Assembly (NCBI GenBank): GCA_965649825.1
Contig: OZ287708.1
Span: 391,411-455,410, forward strand
Length of the DNA stretch: 64,000 bases
Direction of reading: 5' to 3'
Source: Penicillus capitatus
Taxonomy: Eukaryota > Plantae > Chlorophyta
Shown: piece by piece, positions 34,390 through 47,539 of the stretch
Layout of the letters: each line of letters starts with the position of its first letter
Numbering within the stretch: the first letter of the stretch is position 1
Program-made: the position numbers and the translations under genes
Notes under the pieces: model-generated
Databases searched by the model: none
What the model saw: the letters and a program-made list of their open reading frames with translations, nothing else
Told to the model about the DNA's origin: nothing

Positions 34390-37300
34390 GCGACAAGTAA
34401 GCCGGCAGCCACCAGAGATCAGGTAGTTCGAAAAAGACGGCCTCATGCAGCCGCCAGGCATCAGAAAGTTCGAAAAAGACGACCTCATGCAGCCGCCAGA
34501 GATCAGGTAGAACGCTGATGACGGCCTCATGCAGCCGCCAGATATCAGATAGTTCAAAAAAGACGGCCTCATGCAGCCGCCAGAGATCAGGTGAGACGGA
34601 CACGACGGCCTCATGCAGCCGCCAGGCATCAGGTAGTTCGAAAAAGACGGTCTCATGCAGCCGCCAGAGATCAGGTGAGACGGACATGACGGCCTCATGC
34701 AGCCGCCAGAGATCAGGTGAGACGGACATGACGGCCTCATGCAGCCGCCAGACGTCAGGTAGGACGCCGCCACGACGGCCTTCATTCGCTGAGAAGGCCT
34801 CCAGTAGCAGCAGGAGATCAGGAAGGACGCTCAAGACAGCCTTTCCGCCGCCGCCAGACGTCAGGTAGGACGCCGCCACGTCGGCCTTCGGTCGCTGAGA
34901 AGGCCTCCAGTAGCAGCAGGAGATCAGGAAGGACGCTCAAGACAGCCTTTCCGCCGCCGCCAGACGTCAGGTAGGACGCCGCCACGTCGGCCTTCGGTCG
35001 CTGAGAAGGCCTCCAGTAGCAGCAGGAGATCAGGAAGGACGCTCAAGACAGCCTTTCCGCCGCCGCCAGAGATCAGGTGAGACGGACACGACGGCCTCAT
35101 GCAGCCGCCAGGCATCAGGTAGTTCGGACATGACGGCCTCATGCAGCCGCCAGGCATCAGGTAGTTCGGACATGACGGCCTCATGCAGCCGCCAGGCATC
35201 AGGTAGTTCGGACATGACGGCCTCATGCAGCCGCCAGGCATCAGAAAGTTCGGACATGACGGCCTCATGCAGCCGCCAGGCATCAGGTAGTTCGGACATG
35301 ACGGCCTCATGCAGCCGCCAGGCATCAGAAAGTTCGAAAAAGACGCCTCCATGCAGCCGCCAGAGATCAGGTAGTTCGAAAAAAACGGCCTCATGCAGCC
35401 GCCAGGCATCAGGTAGTTCGAAAAAGACGACCTCATGCAGCCGCCAGAGATCAGGTAGAACGCTGATGACGGCCTCATGCAGCCGCCAGATATCAGATAG
35501 TTCAAAAAAGACGGCCTCATGCAGCCGCCAGAGATCAGGTGAGACGGACACGACGGCCTCATGCAGCCGCCAGGCATCAGGTAGTTCGAAAAAGACGGCC
35601 TCATGCAGCCGCCAGAGATCAGGTAGTTCGAAAAAGACGGCCTCATGCAGCCGCCAGAGATCAGGTGAGACGGACATGACGGCCTCATGCAGCCGCCAGA
35701 CGTCAGGTAGGACGCCGCCACGACGGCCTTCATTCGCTGAGAAGGCCTCCAGTAGCAGCAGGAGATCAGGAAGGACGCTCAAGACAGCCTTTCCGCCGCC
35801 GCCAGACGTCAGGTAGGACGCCGCCACGTCGGCCTTCGGTCGCTGAGAAGGCCTCCAGTAGCAGCAGGAGATCAGGAAGGACGCTCAAGACAGCCTTTCC
35901 GCCGCCGCCAGAGATCAGGTGAGACGGACACGACGGCCTCATGCAGCCGCCAGGCATCAGGTAGTTCGGACATGACGGCCTCATGCAGCCGCCAGGCATC
36001 AGGTAGTTCGGAAACGACGGCCTCATGCAGCCGCCAGGCATCAGGTAGTTTAGAAACGACGGCCTCCACGCAGCCGCCAGAGATCAGGTAGAACGCTGAT
36101 GACGGCCTCATGCAGCCGCCAGGCATCATGTAGTTCGAAAAAAAAACGGCCTCATGCAGCCGCCAGAGATCAGGTAGTTCGAAAAAGACGGCTCGATGCA
36201 GCCGTCAGAGATCAGGTAGTTCGAAAAAGACAGCCTCCACGCAGCCGCCAGGCATCAGGTAGTTTAGAAACGACGGCCTCCACGCAGCCGCCAGGCATCA
36301 GGTAGTTCAGAAACGACGGCCTCCACGCAGCCGCCAGAGATCAGGTGAGACGGACACGACGGCCTCCATGCAGCCGCCAGAGATCAGGTGAGACGGACAC
36401 GACGGCCTCCATGCAGCCTCCAGAAATCATGTAGTTCGGAAACGACGGCCTCATGCAGCCGCCAGGCATCATGTAGTTCGAAAAAAAACGGCCTCATGCA
36501 GCCGCCAGAGATCAGGTAGTTCGAAAAAGACAGCCTCCATGCAGCCGCCAGGCATCAGGTAGTTCGAAAAAGACAGCCTCCATGCAGCCGCCAGAGATCA
36601 GGTAGAACGCTGATGACGGCCTCATGCAGCCGCCAGGCATCAGGTAGTTCGAAAAAAACGGCCTCATGCAGCCGCCAGAGATCAGGTAGAACGCTGATGA
36701 CGGCCTCATGCAGCCGCCAGGCATCATGTAGTTCGAAAAAAAAACGGCCTCATGCAGCCGCCAGAGATCAGGTAGTTCGAAAAAGACGGCTCGATGCAGC
36801 CGCCAGAGATCAGGTAGTTCGAAAAAGACAGCCTCCACGCAGCCGCCAGGCATCAGGTAGTTTAGAAACGACGGCCTCCACGCAGCCGCCAGGCATCAGG
36901 TAGTTCAGAAACGACGGCCTCCACGCAGCCGCCAGAGATCAGGTGAGACGGACACGACGGCCTCCATGCAGCCGCCAGAGATCAGGTGAGACGGACACGA
37001 CGGCCTCCATGCAGCCTCCAGAAATCATGTAGTTCGGAAACGACGGCCTCATGCAGCCTCCAGAAATCATGTAGTTCGGAAACGACGGCCTCATGCAGCC
37101 TCCAGAAATCATGTAGTTCGAAAAAGACGGCCTCATGCAGCCTCCAGAAATCATGTAGTTCGGAAAAGACAGCCTCTATGCAGCATCCAGAGATCAGGTG
37201 AGACGGACACGACGGCCTCCATGCAGCCTCCAGAAATCATGTAGTTCGGAAACGACGGCCTCATGCAGCCTCCAGAAATCATGTAGTTCGGAAACGACGG

Positions 37301-37480
37301 CCTCATGCAGCCTCCAGAAATCATGTAGTTCGAAAAAGACGGCCTCATGCAGCCTCCAGAAATCATGTAGTTCGGAAAAGACAGCCTCTATGCAGCATCC
37401 AGAGATCAGGTGAGACGGACACGACGGCCTCATGCAGCCGCCAGGCATCAGGTAGTTCGGAAACGACGGCCTTCACGCGG
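34390..37480. repeat. ~3.1-kb 42-bp variant minisatellite of copy 3 with ~120-bp interrupting units and nested higher-order duplications
   Basis: GACGGCCTCATGCAGCCGCCAG-anchored units; blocks 34390-34870 and 35345-35820, and 36940-37200 and 37200-37410, are duplicated. Confidence 0.95.
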
Positions 37481-37880
37481 CAAGAGAAGTTCTCTAGCAG
37501 TAGCAGCAAGATCATGTAGATGATCCACGAAGGCCTTCAGCAAGACAGCAATAGCGGCAGGTAGAACATCCATGGCGCACTTTGATGACAACAAGCAGAA
37601 AATAGAGCATCCATGACAGTTTCCAGGCCTTTAATCGCAGCAAGACAGCAGGTTAGGACACTTCAGCCTCCGAGCAAACAAAACAGCAGATGGGCCCTTG
37701 ACAGCCTCTATGTAAAAACAGATAACACACAGCCATCCACTACAAAGCGAAGGTGGAATGGCAGAAACAGGAAGAAACGAAAACAGCCCTTTCAGATCTT
37801 TGTTTCTTTTTAGATTTTTCTGTCAAAAAAGAAAACAGCGTTCAAAAAACTAAACAAACAGGCCCTCAGAGAGACCAGTC

Positions 37881-39030
37881 TTATATGAAAACCTACAGAA
37901 AAACACATTGAAAGAGAGAAGGAAATAAAGAGTAACTTACACATTGGCCTGATAGAAAGAAAAGCCGTTCTGGAATGGCAGGACCGATGGGCACACACTG
38001 GCCGGACATGAAATACGGTCTGGGAGGGATACCGAGGGGCCCGACGGAAAAGACAAAGGGGCGTGGTGGGATTGGAGGGGGGCAGGGAAGGGAAAACAGG
38101 GAGGTGCGTACAGGAAAGGAAGGTGGAAAGAAGGGGAATGAAAACTTAAACAGGCGCGAGGGGATGAGTGGAGGCGGGGACGCTGGGATGCAAAACACCT
38201 GTGGGCGAGGGGGGAAAGGTGGAGGCTTGATGGACTGGGTGACGGAAGCGGGCATTGTCGGGGTCGGCTGGGGAAAGGGACAGGATGACCACTCCATGAC
38301 AGCTGGACACGGTGGCTGCGATGATGCTGGAGTCGGTGCGGCTGACTGGGCCTGAGGGTGAGCTGCCGGCGGCACTGGCGACCAATCCATCGGCAGTGGC
38401 GCGCTCAGCTGGGGTGCTGCTGGCGGCGGCGACTCCGGCTGGGCCTGAGGAGTCTCGGCTGGCGGTGGCGGCGCGGCAGGCTCTGAGACTGCAGGCGGCG
38501 CATAAGCTGGGACGCGCTGCGGAGGCGGCTGAGCAGCAGGCTGGCCCTCTTGGGCCAGCCGCGCTTGCCTCTCTGCAGCCGAGAGGACCCTAGCTCTCCG
38601 CATGGGCCGCGGCTGTGGGGTTTGGACCCTATTGGGTCCAAACCGCACAGGAGGGGTCTGCGCATCGATGTGCGCTTGACCCCTCTGCGCAGTTGTTCGG
38701 GATTTTAAATCCCAATACAACTGCGCACGCGCGGCCTCGTCCATGCCCTCGAAGGCCCTGGGCGGGTGACTGCCCAGGACCTCCCTTAACGTCACCTGGT
38801 CGAAACTGGGAACACACAGAAGAGTTAGAGATCAGTCGAAGAAGAGTTGGTCGACGCGTCGCGCGCTGCAGAGCTTCTCGACTGCAGCCGGACGCATGCG
38901 TGTTCATGGAGAGTGTCCAGCCGCAGTCGAGAAGCTCTGCAGCGCGCGACGCGTCGACGAATGGCCACAGGACTCACGGTCTATCAGGATATCCGTAGTC
39001 GTCTTCTGTGAACATGCGTGCTTCGGCCAT
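37881..39030 (-). CDS. Orphan Pro-rich cassette protein, copy 3 (exons 39030-38978, 38805-37941, 37892-37881; ~309 aa)
   Basis: MAEARMFTEDDYGYPDRP; same introns; near-identical to copy 2 with a 30-nt in-frame indel; TATA at 39111-39116. Confidence 0.78.
38847..38961 (-). ncRNA. Intronic hairpin, copy 3
   Basis: As copy 2, with one extra loop-proximal mismatch. Confidence 0.6.
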
Positions 39031-39726
39031 ATCTTCGTCTTTGCTTGAACTCCGGAAAACAGGAAGGCGCCAAGGAAAGTCGACAGTGCGGAAGGGTCTG
39101 TGACAGGACCTTTATAGGCCGCCTCGGTTGCCGAGCGCGACCTGCGGGTGGCGGCTGGGAACCGTGGCCGTTCGGCGGCGCTGCATGCGCCGCCGGACAA
39201 GCGATCGGCCGCCAGACGTTCAGAAACGCTGAGTACTGTCGTCGGATGCGCGACGCGAAAGGGAGTGCGCTTCTGGAAGCTTTGCGAAGTGTATTACAGT
39301 CAAAGTTCTTTACAGTTTGTCGGCATGTTCCGCTCTGAGTGTAACGCGCATGCGTTCTCTGCGGCTGTTCCGACGCGGATCTCCGAACGGCAAACCGCCC
39401 GGCTCAGCTCCGCGTTGCCTGGGCAGAGAAAAGCGGCGGTCTCTCTCGTTCGCAGGATCGGCACGGACTCTGCGTCTGGACGGCCGTCTGTTTCGGGCGT
39501 TTCCGTCGCAAACGCCGTCGACAGAGCGTTCTGCGCGGTGTAACGCGTATCGGTTTGAGGGGTTACCGTTGGTCCTAACTCCCTCGAACATGGAAGGCGG
39601 AACCGAACGACGCCCTGCGAGAACCAGACGGCCGCGGAGTCGTCGTTTCAGTTTATGCTCGCGCACAGCGTCGAGGGAGCGCTCTGGAAGACGCCGTTCG
39701 CTCCAACTAGCGAAGTTCTATCGCGT

Positions 39727-40564
39727 TGTGTGGCTGCTAAGCAAGATTGCTGTTCTGTCCGCAATGCCATCGATCAGACAGTTTCGAGAGCAACCTACGT
39801 GATGGCGCAGTTGATCGCGGTCGAAGCCAGTCGCGATCCAATGTCATCGCCTTCTTTCTTTCCGGCGTATTCCACCGTGCAGAGCGCACCAAAGTGGTGG
39901 ATTACCATTGGAAGTGGACGGCATGCTGCTGCATCTGCGTTGGAATCGTCCATGCCGTTCCGTTCTAGTGTCTGGCGAGTTCTGAGGCCATGAGGGCTGC
40001 GACGGAGAACGTCCGTTTCTGTTCGGAGACACTTCTGGAAAATGTCTGTAATGAAAGACTAACTACCTCCGAGTGTTCTGCGTGCGTGGGGCGTTCCAGG
40101 AGATGTCGTCAGCGCTGGCGATGTTCTCTCGTGCGGCAAATGCTCCGTGGAACGCGTGAAAGACAGACACTGTAGAAATGCCTGCTCGTGGCTCTGCCAT
40201 TTGGACCTGTGACGCGGCATTCCTCATTGAACACCGAGATGCATGCCACCGTCGACGCGTTGGATCGAGTCCGAAAGACGCATTCGCACAACAAGGCGTC
40301 TTCAGAAAACAGTGCGAGAGAACACACATTAAACGATGCGCTCTGTAGACGCGTGAACGATTTCGGATGAGAGAGAGTTTGTTCGCGATGAATGGGGGCG
40401 CCAAAACAATGCGACTGTCCACTCCTCGATGTTTCGCCAGGCAAATCGAGACGAGACAAAGGGGATGATGCCAGACGAAACAGGAGCTAATATCTCTGAA
40501 TCGGACGCGGCACGAAAAAGGTTATTTGCCTGTGTTTAGTGATGATTGCAGATGCGCTCCAAGT
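39727..40564. repeat. Alternative upstream flank shared by copies 3 and 4
   Basis: Matches 53459..54299; both diverge abruptly after CTCCAAGT. Confidence 0.9.
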
Positions 40565-40567
40565 CGA

Positions 40568-41945
40568 TCACTGACGTGGAAAAGAAGCAGGAACGCGAAA
40601 CGGGCAGCAAGTACAAGGTACTTTGATTAAAGAGTCGACAATGGTCGAAAACCTGCGGAAACTGTCTGTTCGTAAAAGTCGGGATACGTAAACACGACAC
40701 ATGGTGCCATTGCGTTTGACGCTGACGCAAAAGACATACGTTGCATCAAGACCAGAACAGACGGAAGACCGTCGTGACATGCGAGGAATGGAGTAGACAT
40801 CTTTGCTTCCTGGTGCCCTTTCTCGAACAGTCTTAGCCATCCGATCAAAGCCACCGGCCAGAAATTCACGTCCTCCTGGTGCAAAGTCCAGATCCATCAG
40901 CGAAGACGCGAATCCGTGAAGACCAGCCACCACACGAATGTCCCCCATCACATTTGCTCTCTGCAATAGCCACCTCACCTTGTGAACTGACTGTCTTGGC
41001 AGCATCCAACTCGGCGCATTGCTGCGTGTCTGCATGATGATTCTTGAACGGAAGACACACACCAGTTCTCTCAGAGAATCCGCATCTTGTTCGAGAGCAG
41101 GTGCGATTTTGGCCACTTCTGCGAATTCGAAGACAGCATCAGGTTTGAGACATCCATGACGACTTCTTTCGCCAAATCTCCTTAACCATCCAAGAAGAAT
41201 GTTTCGTTCATTTTTATTCGTCGTAGCGTTGTATGCTGCGACAAGCGACTCGGTATTGACGAAGTCATGTTTCGATGCGAGGGCACGCAAAACTTCGCCC
41301 GTTTTCTTTCTTGGATATTGAGATCCGGCAGGTAAGGTCTACCACCACATTCCGATGCGGACGGTCCTCCAACGGGCAGCTCTTCGTCCAAAAGTTGGGG
41401 TTGCATGTTCAGTAACCTGTTGACAGAACCCACAACGTCTATCTGAAAGACACGTGGAAACAGACTTGCTACTCTTGCGACGCAAAAGTTCTCAGATAAG
41501 CTTATCGTCCATTCGATGAGTCAGTCGGATGTTCTCGTCGACATTTAAATTCAACCGACCGCAGTTGATTCGAAGAACCTTCTGCGATGCAGAACTCCCG
41601 ATTTTCCAGGAAGCAGAAGCTAAAATGTGAACTCCAGTTTCCACATTAGTGCTACACTCTCCGCCAAGGAACGGCCATTTGGCCAAATCTCTGTGAAACT
41701 TCGAAGAGACACGAATCTGATGCAGCGGGAGAGAGTCGAGCCCAACCGCCATTAGACAGTGTTCTGTGAAGACCGTAATGATTGCCTGGGTATTTAAGAA
41801 AGATGTTGGTGTGTGTGAAGTCGCGGCCGTGTGACTGTTTTGATCTGTCAAAGTCACGAAAAACGACTCCATTAGTGCAGTCCTGGTTTCGAGTTTGCTC
41901 ATCGCCGATAAGAAGACTCACAAACACAGTCTCCGTCTGACACAA
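40568..41945 (-). pseudogene. Unidentified, probably degenerate gene abutting the copy 3 terminus
   Basis: Protein-like segments in several frames (e.g. ERNILLGWLRRFGERSRHG..AVFEFAEVAK); no family recognised. Confidence 0.3.
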
Positions 41946-42006
41946 CGCAAAATCGAAAGATCGAGATTCGTCGAGGCAGCTGACGGACGATCAACAACGT
42001 TCATGA

Positions 42007-43413
42007 TCAACCGGTGACAAATCTCTTTCCTCTTGCAATCTCTATGGACTTTCGGGCCATGGCGATGGCACCGTCCTTTGTGCGATTTCTTCCAATATAT
42101 CCTCCTCGATGCACAAAGGAGCTACCTTCGATTCCGGTCACGCGTTCGAGCTTCTCTCCACTCAACCCTCTCCATTCGTCGGGGAACCCAAGACGGGGCG
42201 TATTCGAATCGGGGTTAACGGTAACGGCATGAACTCGATAGTCACTGTTTTCCTCTTCCTGGACACGGCACCTCTCTGGGAAGCTCGTCAGAGAAACTGT
42301 GGGCTTGCTTACGCCAGTATAAACGCAGTACTTGACTTGGTTGTGCCTCAGAATCTGAGACTCGAGTTCATGAAGGAATCTGTTCCATGGACACCCGATC
42401 TCCAACAACATAATATCGCCCTGTTTGCTAACGTCGTAGATGGTCTCCAGGGCACGTTGCACGTATCTTCGTGCCGGAATGTATTTCTAGAAAACAAACT
42501 GTCGGCAGGGAGGGGTCTCGTCTAGAAGGATGGACGAACATAAGCTCTGTAGAGAACGAATTCCGCAAACTCTTTGCCGCACAACTCCACCGCCTTCTGG
42601 AACTGACCATCGGATGTGACATCAGGAGGCGATCGCCAGTGAACATTCATTCTTCGAACTCTGGCAGTCAACCCTGTGCAATCGCTGAAGGTCTTGCAAG
42701 CTTTACGCATTCGATAAGTATCCGTGACACATTCAGGGTAACCTATCACGGCAGTCCTCCTCAGACAGGATAGAACAGAGCAATCTGCACCGTTATCCAT
42801 GGCATCGATCGCCTCGATGAATGCTGCATAGACTCTTTCGTAAAGCACTTCCATCTCATCATCGGTCAGTTCAAAGTCCTTCGCGATTTCAGAAATCACT
42901 TCTCTTCCTGGTGCAGAAACACGCTCTCGTCTCTGTATTCGACGAACATCACGTAGCCAGGCATACCAAAGTGTTTGTACACGAGTCCGCAGCTCGATAA
43001 CTGAATGCGGCGTCTATCTGAAATGATTCGTTCGTCATCTCCTTCGTGGAGACGGCATCAGAGTTTACTCGAATCGAAGTACTCTTCGAAACCCGGCTGG
43101 TGATGGTCGAATCGAAGGGTGTCTATCAATCAACGCGTCTGTATCAGGCCAGTGGGTGACGTTGAATTGAGCAACCTGGGTCGTAGATATCCCCGACGTC
43201 GACGGTGACGTCCGCCTTTTCAACGAGTGAAGGATCTCGTGTTCGGATGACGGGAGAATCCCGAAATCGTGCTGTCTGCTTCAGCATCCACATGGCCAAG
43301 GCCTCGTCGCAATGAAAGTTGCCATCGTGCGTGACAATCGAAAACACGCGTGTCGTCTTCAAAAACGGCCGCAGCACTCTTCGTATGCCGGGCACGAAAC
43401 TTGAAATCCGCAT
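42007..43413 (-). CDS. MYG1: MYG1 family exonuclease (paralog b), multi-exon
   Basis: THDGNFHCDEAL; RTRDP; DVGDIYDP spliced to LRFDHHQ; LSSCGLVYKHFG; EAIDAMDNG; FVHRGGYIG. Confidence 0.92.
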
Positions 43414-43673
43414 CCGGTGACGAACAGTCCAACGACTAGGCGGTTCGATTGTGTTTTATTCGCCTGATAGAACGATCAAAGACTTAAGGGATCGTCATCT
43501 GCGACGCGACCGAATGTGATGCTGTTCTAAAGCGTGATTGCTAAGAATGTTGCATCGATCGACCACGTATTATCCCCCAAGCCGTTCCCTTCTCGACTGA
43601 GTGGCCTGTAGATGTTGAACGGGATGGCTCGAGTTTGAATCGGACAACGGGTAGGTGAATCTGCAAAGGCATC

Positions 43674-44939
43674 TTATCCAAAGTAGTAACCACCGCGAGA
43701 TTTATGGATCTCGATTGCTTTTAGAGCCATAGCAATAGCGCCTTCCCTTGTGCGATGTGCTCCTATGTGATCGATTTTCCTCACAAAGAGACAGCCTTCA
43801 ATCCCACTCTTGCGCTCAAGCTCTTCTCCTGACAAGCCTCCCCATTCGTAAGGGAATGGATTGCGACGGAAGAATCTCAGTGGATGATTGGGGACAGCTT
43901 CGACGATATAAACACCTGTCCCATTCACCTCCTATGCACGCCTGCCTCTTCGGGATGCATGGATTCCATAGGACCGTGGACTCACAAGAACGTGCACGCA
44001 GAACTTGATCTGGCCCTCTTTCAGAATCTTGGATTCGAGTTCCGAAAGGACCTCGATCCACGGGCAGTGTCGTTCAGGGAACATAGTCTCTCCACCCTCG
44101 TGAACCTGATGCACTGTTTCCAGTGCACGCCTCACGCAGCTCCACGCAGAAAACCAATGCTAGAAGACAGGACACCATTGACAGAACGCGGCCGACCCGA
44201 GCTGACAGCCCCGTTGCATCGCGGTAGGTAGTTCTGGCATTCCCCGTCTTCCGCGAGTTACCAGCGACACATTGACGATAACCTTGCCACACACATGCTC
44301 GGGCTGACAACGAATGCAATCCAAGGGTCTGTACCGAGGGCTATGGCGCAAAGCGCTTCGATGTATTCTTCGTATATGTGCTCGCGGATCGCCTCCAATT
44401 CTTCATCGTTTAGTTTAAAATCCTTTGCAATACTGGAAATGACTTCCTTCCCTACCACAACGACGCCTCGTCCCCGACGGAGAGACAACTTACTGTAGCT
44501 ATGCCGAAATGCGCATAGACGAGTCCTGCGCTGGAGGGTTGAATCTTGAGGCCTGCCAGTTTTCATTGCAGGCGGACGGATCAGACGGACGGAAACGCAC
44601 TTCTCTTGTAGACGTCATCAAAACCATACACAGCATGATGGAAGCGAAGGGTCTCTGGACATCAAGAATCTTTTCCAAACGAAGCACGTGGATGTTAAGC
44701 TGACGTGGATCGTGAACACCCCCAACATCGACGACGACGTCTGCTTCGTCGAGCAGAGACGAATCGCGCGTTCGGAGGATCGATGCATCGCGAAATCGAT
44801 CCGTCTGCTTCACGAGCCAGACACCCAATGCATCGTCACAGTGGAAGTCGCCATCATGCGTGGCGATCGTCAGCCAGCGAATCGTCTTCAAAACCGGTTG
44901 AGGCCATTTCGACACATGCTTCAAAATTCGGATCGACAT
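43674..44939 (-). CDS. MYG1: MYG1 family protein (paralog a), DHH motif altered
   Basis: THDGDFHCDDAL; DVGGVHDP spliced to LRFHHAV; SSAGLVYAHFG; C-terminal GCLFVRKIDHIGAHRTREGA. Confidence 0.85.
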
Positions 44940-44990
44940 CGAATTGTACGACACATCCATTCTTTCCCTATTCCTATCACGATGCAAAAT

Positions 44991-47303
44991 CTCGAAGTGC
45001 AGCTGGTATCGCGTGCCTGTAAAGAGTTGGGCAGCGCATTCAAAAAGCGTGCCATAGACAAACAGCCAAAAGAGCAAGGTCGAATTGGAAAGCGCTCGGC
45101 ATGTGATCTCGAAGAAAGAACAAGAAGTGGAGGCTTTCGCTGAGCGACTGAAACGCATTCAGTCCACCCTCGAGCTGACCAGCCTCTCCGCAAGTGAAGC
45201 TATCTGTTGCAGGCGAAATGCGACACTGAGAGAGAAGGCGCATCATTTCCAGAGAGAGGTCATGCGCTTAACGAAGATAGTTGGCGATCGGGATCGCATG
45301 ATCGTCGAACGGCAAGACGATATCGACACGCTGAAGAAAACGGCGAGCGAGGCCGAAATTCGATATCGTCTGCAGGTAAGAGAAAACGCAGAGCTTCATG
45401 CGCACCTCCAGTCCGATGGGCGCCGCAACCGACAAGATAGACTGGAGGCTGAACTTGGACAAAAAAGTTATCACGCTCCCGGTTGCTACTCGGCAATCTC
45501 CATTGTTCTCCGTAGCCGATCAGCAGCGCGCCTCGCTGTCACATCAAGACAGGAATATAAACGATGAAGTTTTGGAACTGGTGAATACCAGCAAACGCCT
45601 GGCGAAAGAGAATGAACGTCTTCGTGGCTGGCAGAGAACGGCAGGCGTCCGATCATTTCTCACTCTTTTCGACGTCGCATCCGTTTTTTCGTTTTCGCAG
45701 ACGACGCAAAAGAGAGATGTGATACGTTGGCATCAGTGGCGAGGAGCAAGGTGGTATCGCCTGGTAGCAGAAATCCCCGTCGAAGGACGCACAGCGATAC
45801 TCATACGTGGTCGACGCATATCAAACATGGCGATGGGCTAATCGATGGTGTGGCAGGAAAAGCTCGATTTCATCGGCATCGCAGCCGATTACGATGCCCT
45901 ACCTTTGCTTGCCGTCTTACAGACACAGAGACTCCCATCCGATCTCAGAACGTACGACCATGGTCGAAGATCCATCTCCTCCACCGTCCGACATTATCTC
46001 GCGCGCGCCAAGCATCGCGCGCGATGTCCTGCAACGAATCGACCGCAGTCTGCGCTCTTCATCTGCCATACCCACCAAAGACTGAGCTCGTTCTTAGACA
46101 TCTGTTTGTGCAGCATCATTTTTACGATAAGCAGATACCAAGTAGCGAAATCGGTTCAATCGAACATATGTTAGGCGGTTTTCGATTTAACGAGATTGCC
46201 AATAGCGAAATCGCAGTTTCGAATCGCAGCGTTTCGAATCTCTTGTTTTCATCGTCGAAAGTTGGAATCGTGTAGCGGTTTAAAATCCTTAACTCGTCCG
46301 AATGATCGTCTCCTGTGCTCTTCGTTCTGTCAGGACTGCCAAGTCGAGAGTCAAAAAACGGAATCGGCAGATTTGCCTTCTTCAAAGTAGAGTTCGCCGT
46401 GTAAAATCTCTCAGATAAGGTCGGCATTGAACACGAATTGGCAGAGTGTCGCAATTGTTTTAGAACGCGACAGTGAGAATCCAATCGCCACGCGTGAGGA
46501 CGACTCTCGTCGGGACGAAGCCTTGATCTTCCTTACCTGATGAGGGATTCTTCAGCGGGGCAATGTTCCGAAGACACATACATCTTTCGCCTATCGTTCA
46601 CCGGAGTGAATAAATAACACGTCCTTGAAGTGCTTCCCGATGCCCTGAAGATCGACAGACGTAGAGAAGTCGTGTGCCGAAAGGACAAAGTTGAACGACA
46701 GCACCTTCCATGCAGCTGAACTTAAGACGAACGACAAAGGCAGACATTTCCAAGTTTATTTTCGCCAACAGGACATCGGAGTCTCACAGGAAACCTGAGA
46801 ACGCACGGAGATCCGAATTGCGAATGTTCTGACCGGACTGAACGAGCAGCTAAGAAGATCCACAACTGTTAGATGGTGTTGCCAAGCACTGCCCACATCA
46901 ATATCACATCGATGTCTGCGTGCAAGGAGACGATAAGCTGAGACTAGACAAGAGAACGAATTCCTCCTCGGTTCTCTCAAAGGAGACGGAGAAGACGCTT
47001 CACAAAGAGGCACTGTCCTGCAGACGCGAGCACATCGCCTTGGTTATTACTGCGTCCCATGTGCTGGAACCCGACGGTGAATCGTCGTGGATTCTGTTCG
47101 TGCCCTTCCAGCGCATCTACGCGAGCGCAATGCTCAGAGAACTGCTGGATGTGGATTCGATGGGCGAATGCGTATCACGTACTCTGTCTAGCCACCACAG
47201 TGCGTCGTTCCACACTATGGCTGCTGCCCCACCGTCAGCTTCATCTTCTTCCTCGCTATTTTCGGTGGTCTATCGATACGTCCATCCACAGAGCGCGCTG
47301 TAA
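44991..47303 (+). pseudogene. Inverted partial duplicate of the kinesin-like gene 3' region (12605 to ~10071)
   Basis: Reverse complement of 12605..10071 with a ~310-bp deletion (12111-12418) and a ~60-bp extra segment near 46150; lacks the motor domain and start. Confidence 0.9.
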
Positions 47304-47539
47304 CTTGAACATTTTATGCTTTTACAGTTGTGTTCTTCAATCTCGTAAAAACTGAGGTTTCGTTTCTACATCTGTTCTTACTGATCAGAAACAGTATGCT
47401 ACCCAGAGCAAACATCCAAATCTGTCATTGTACAGAACATAGTCGGCAAGGAAAAATGGCCTTTTTTCACCAATAAGCAGATTGTATTTTTCTCGACACG
47501 ACACGACACGACAGCAGCCTCTAAGCATCAGGTAAGACG

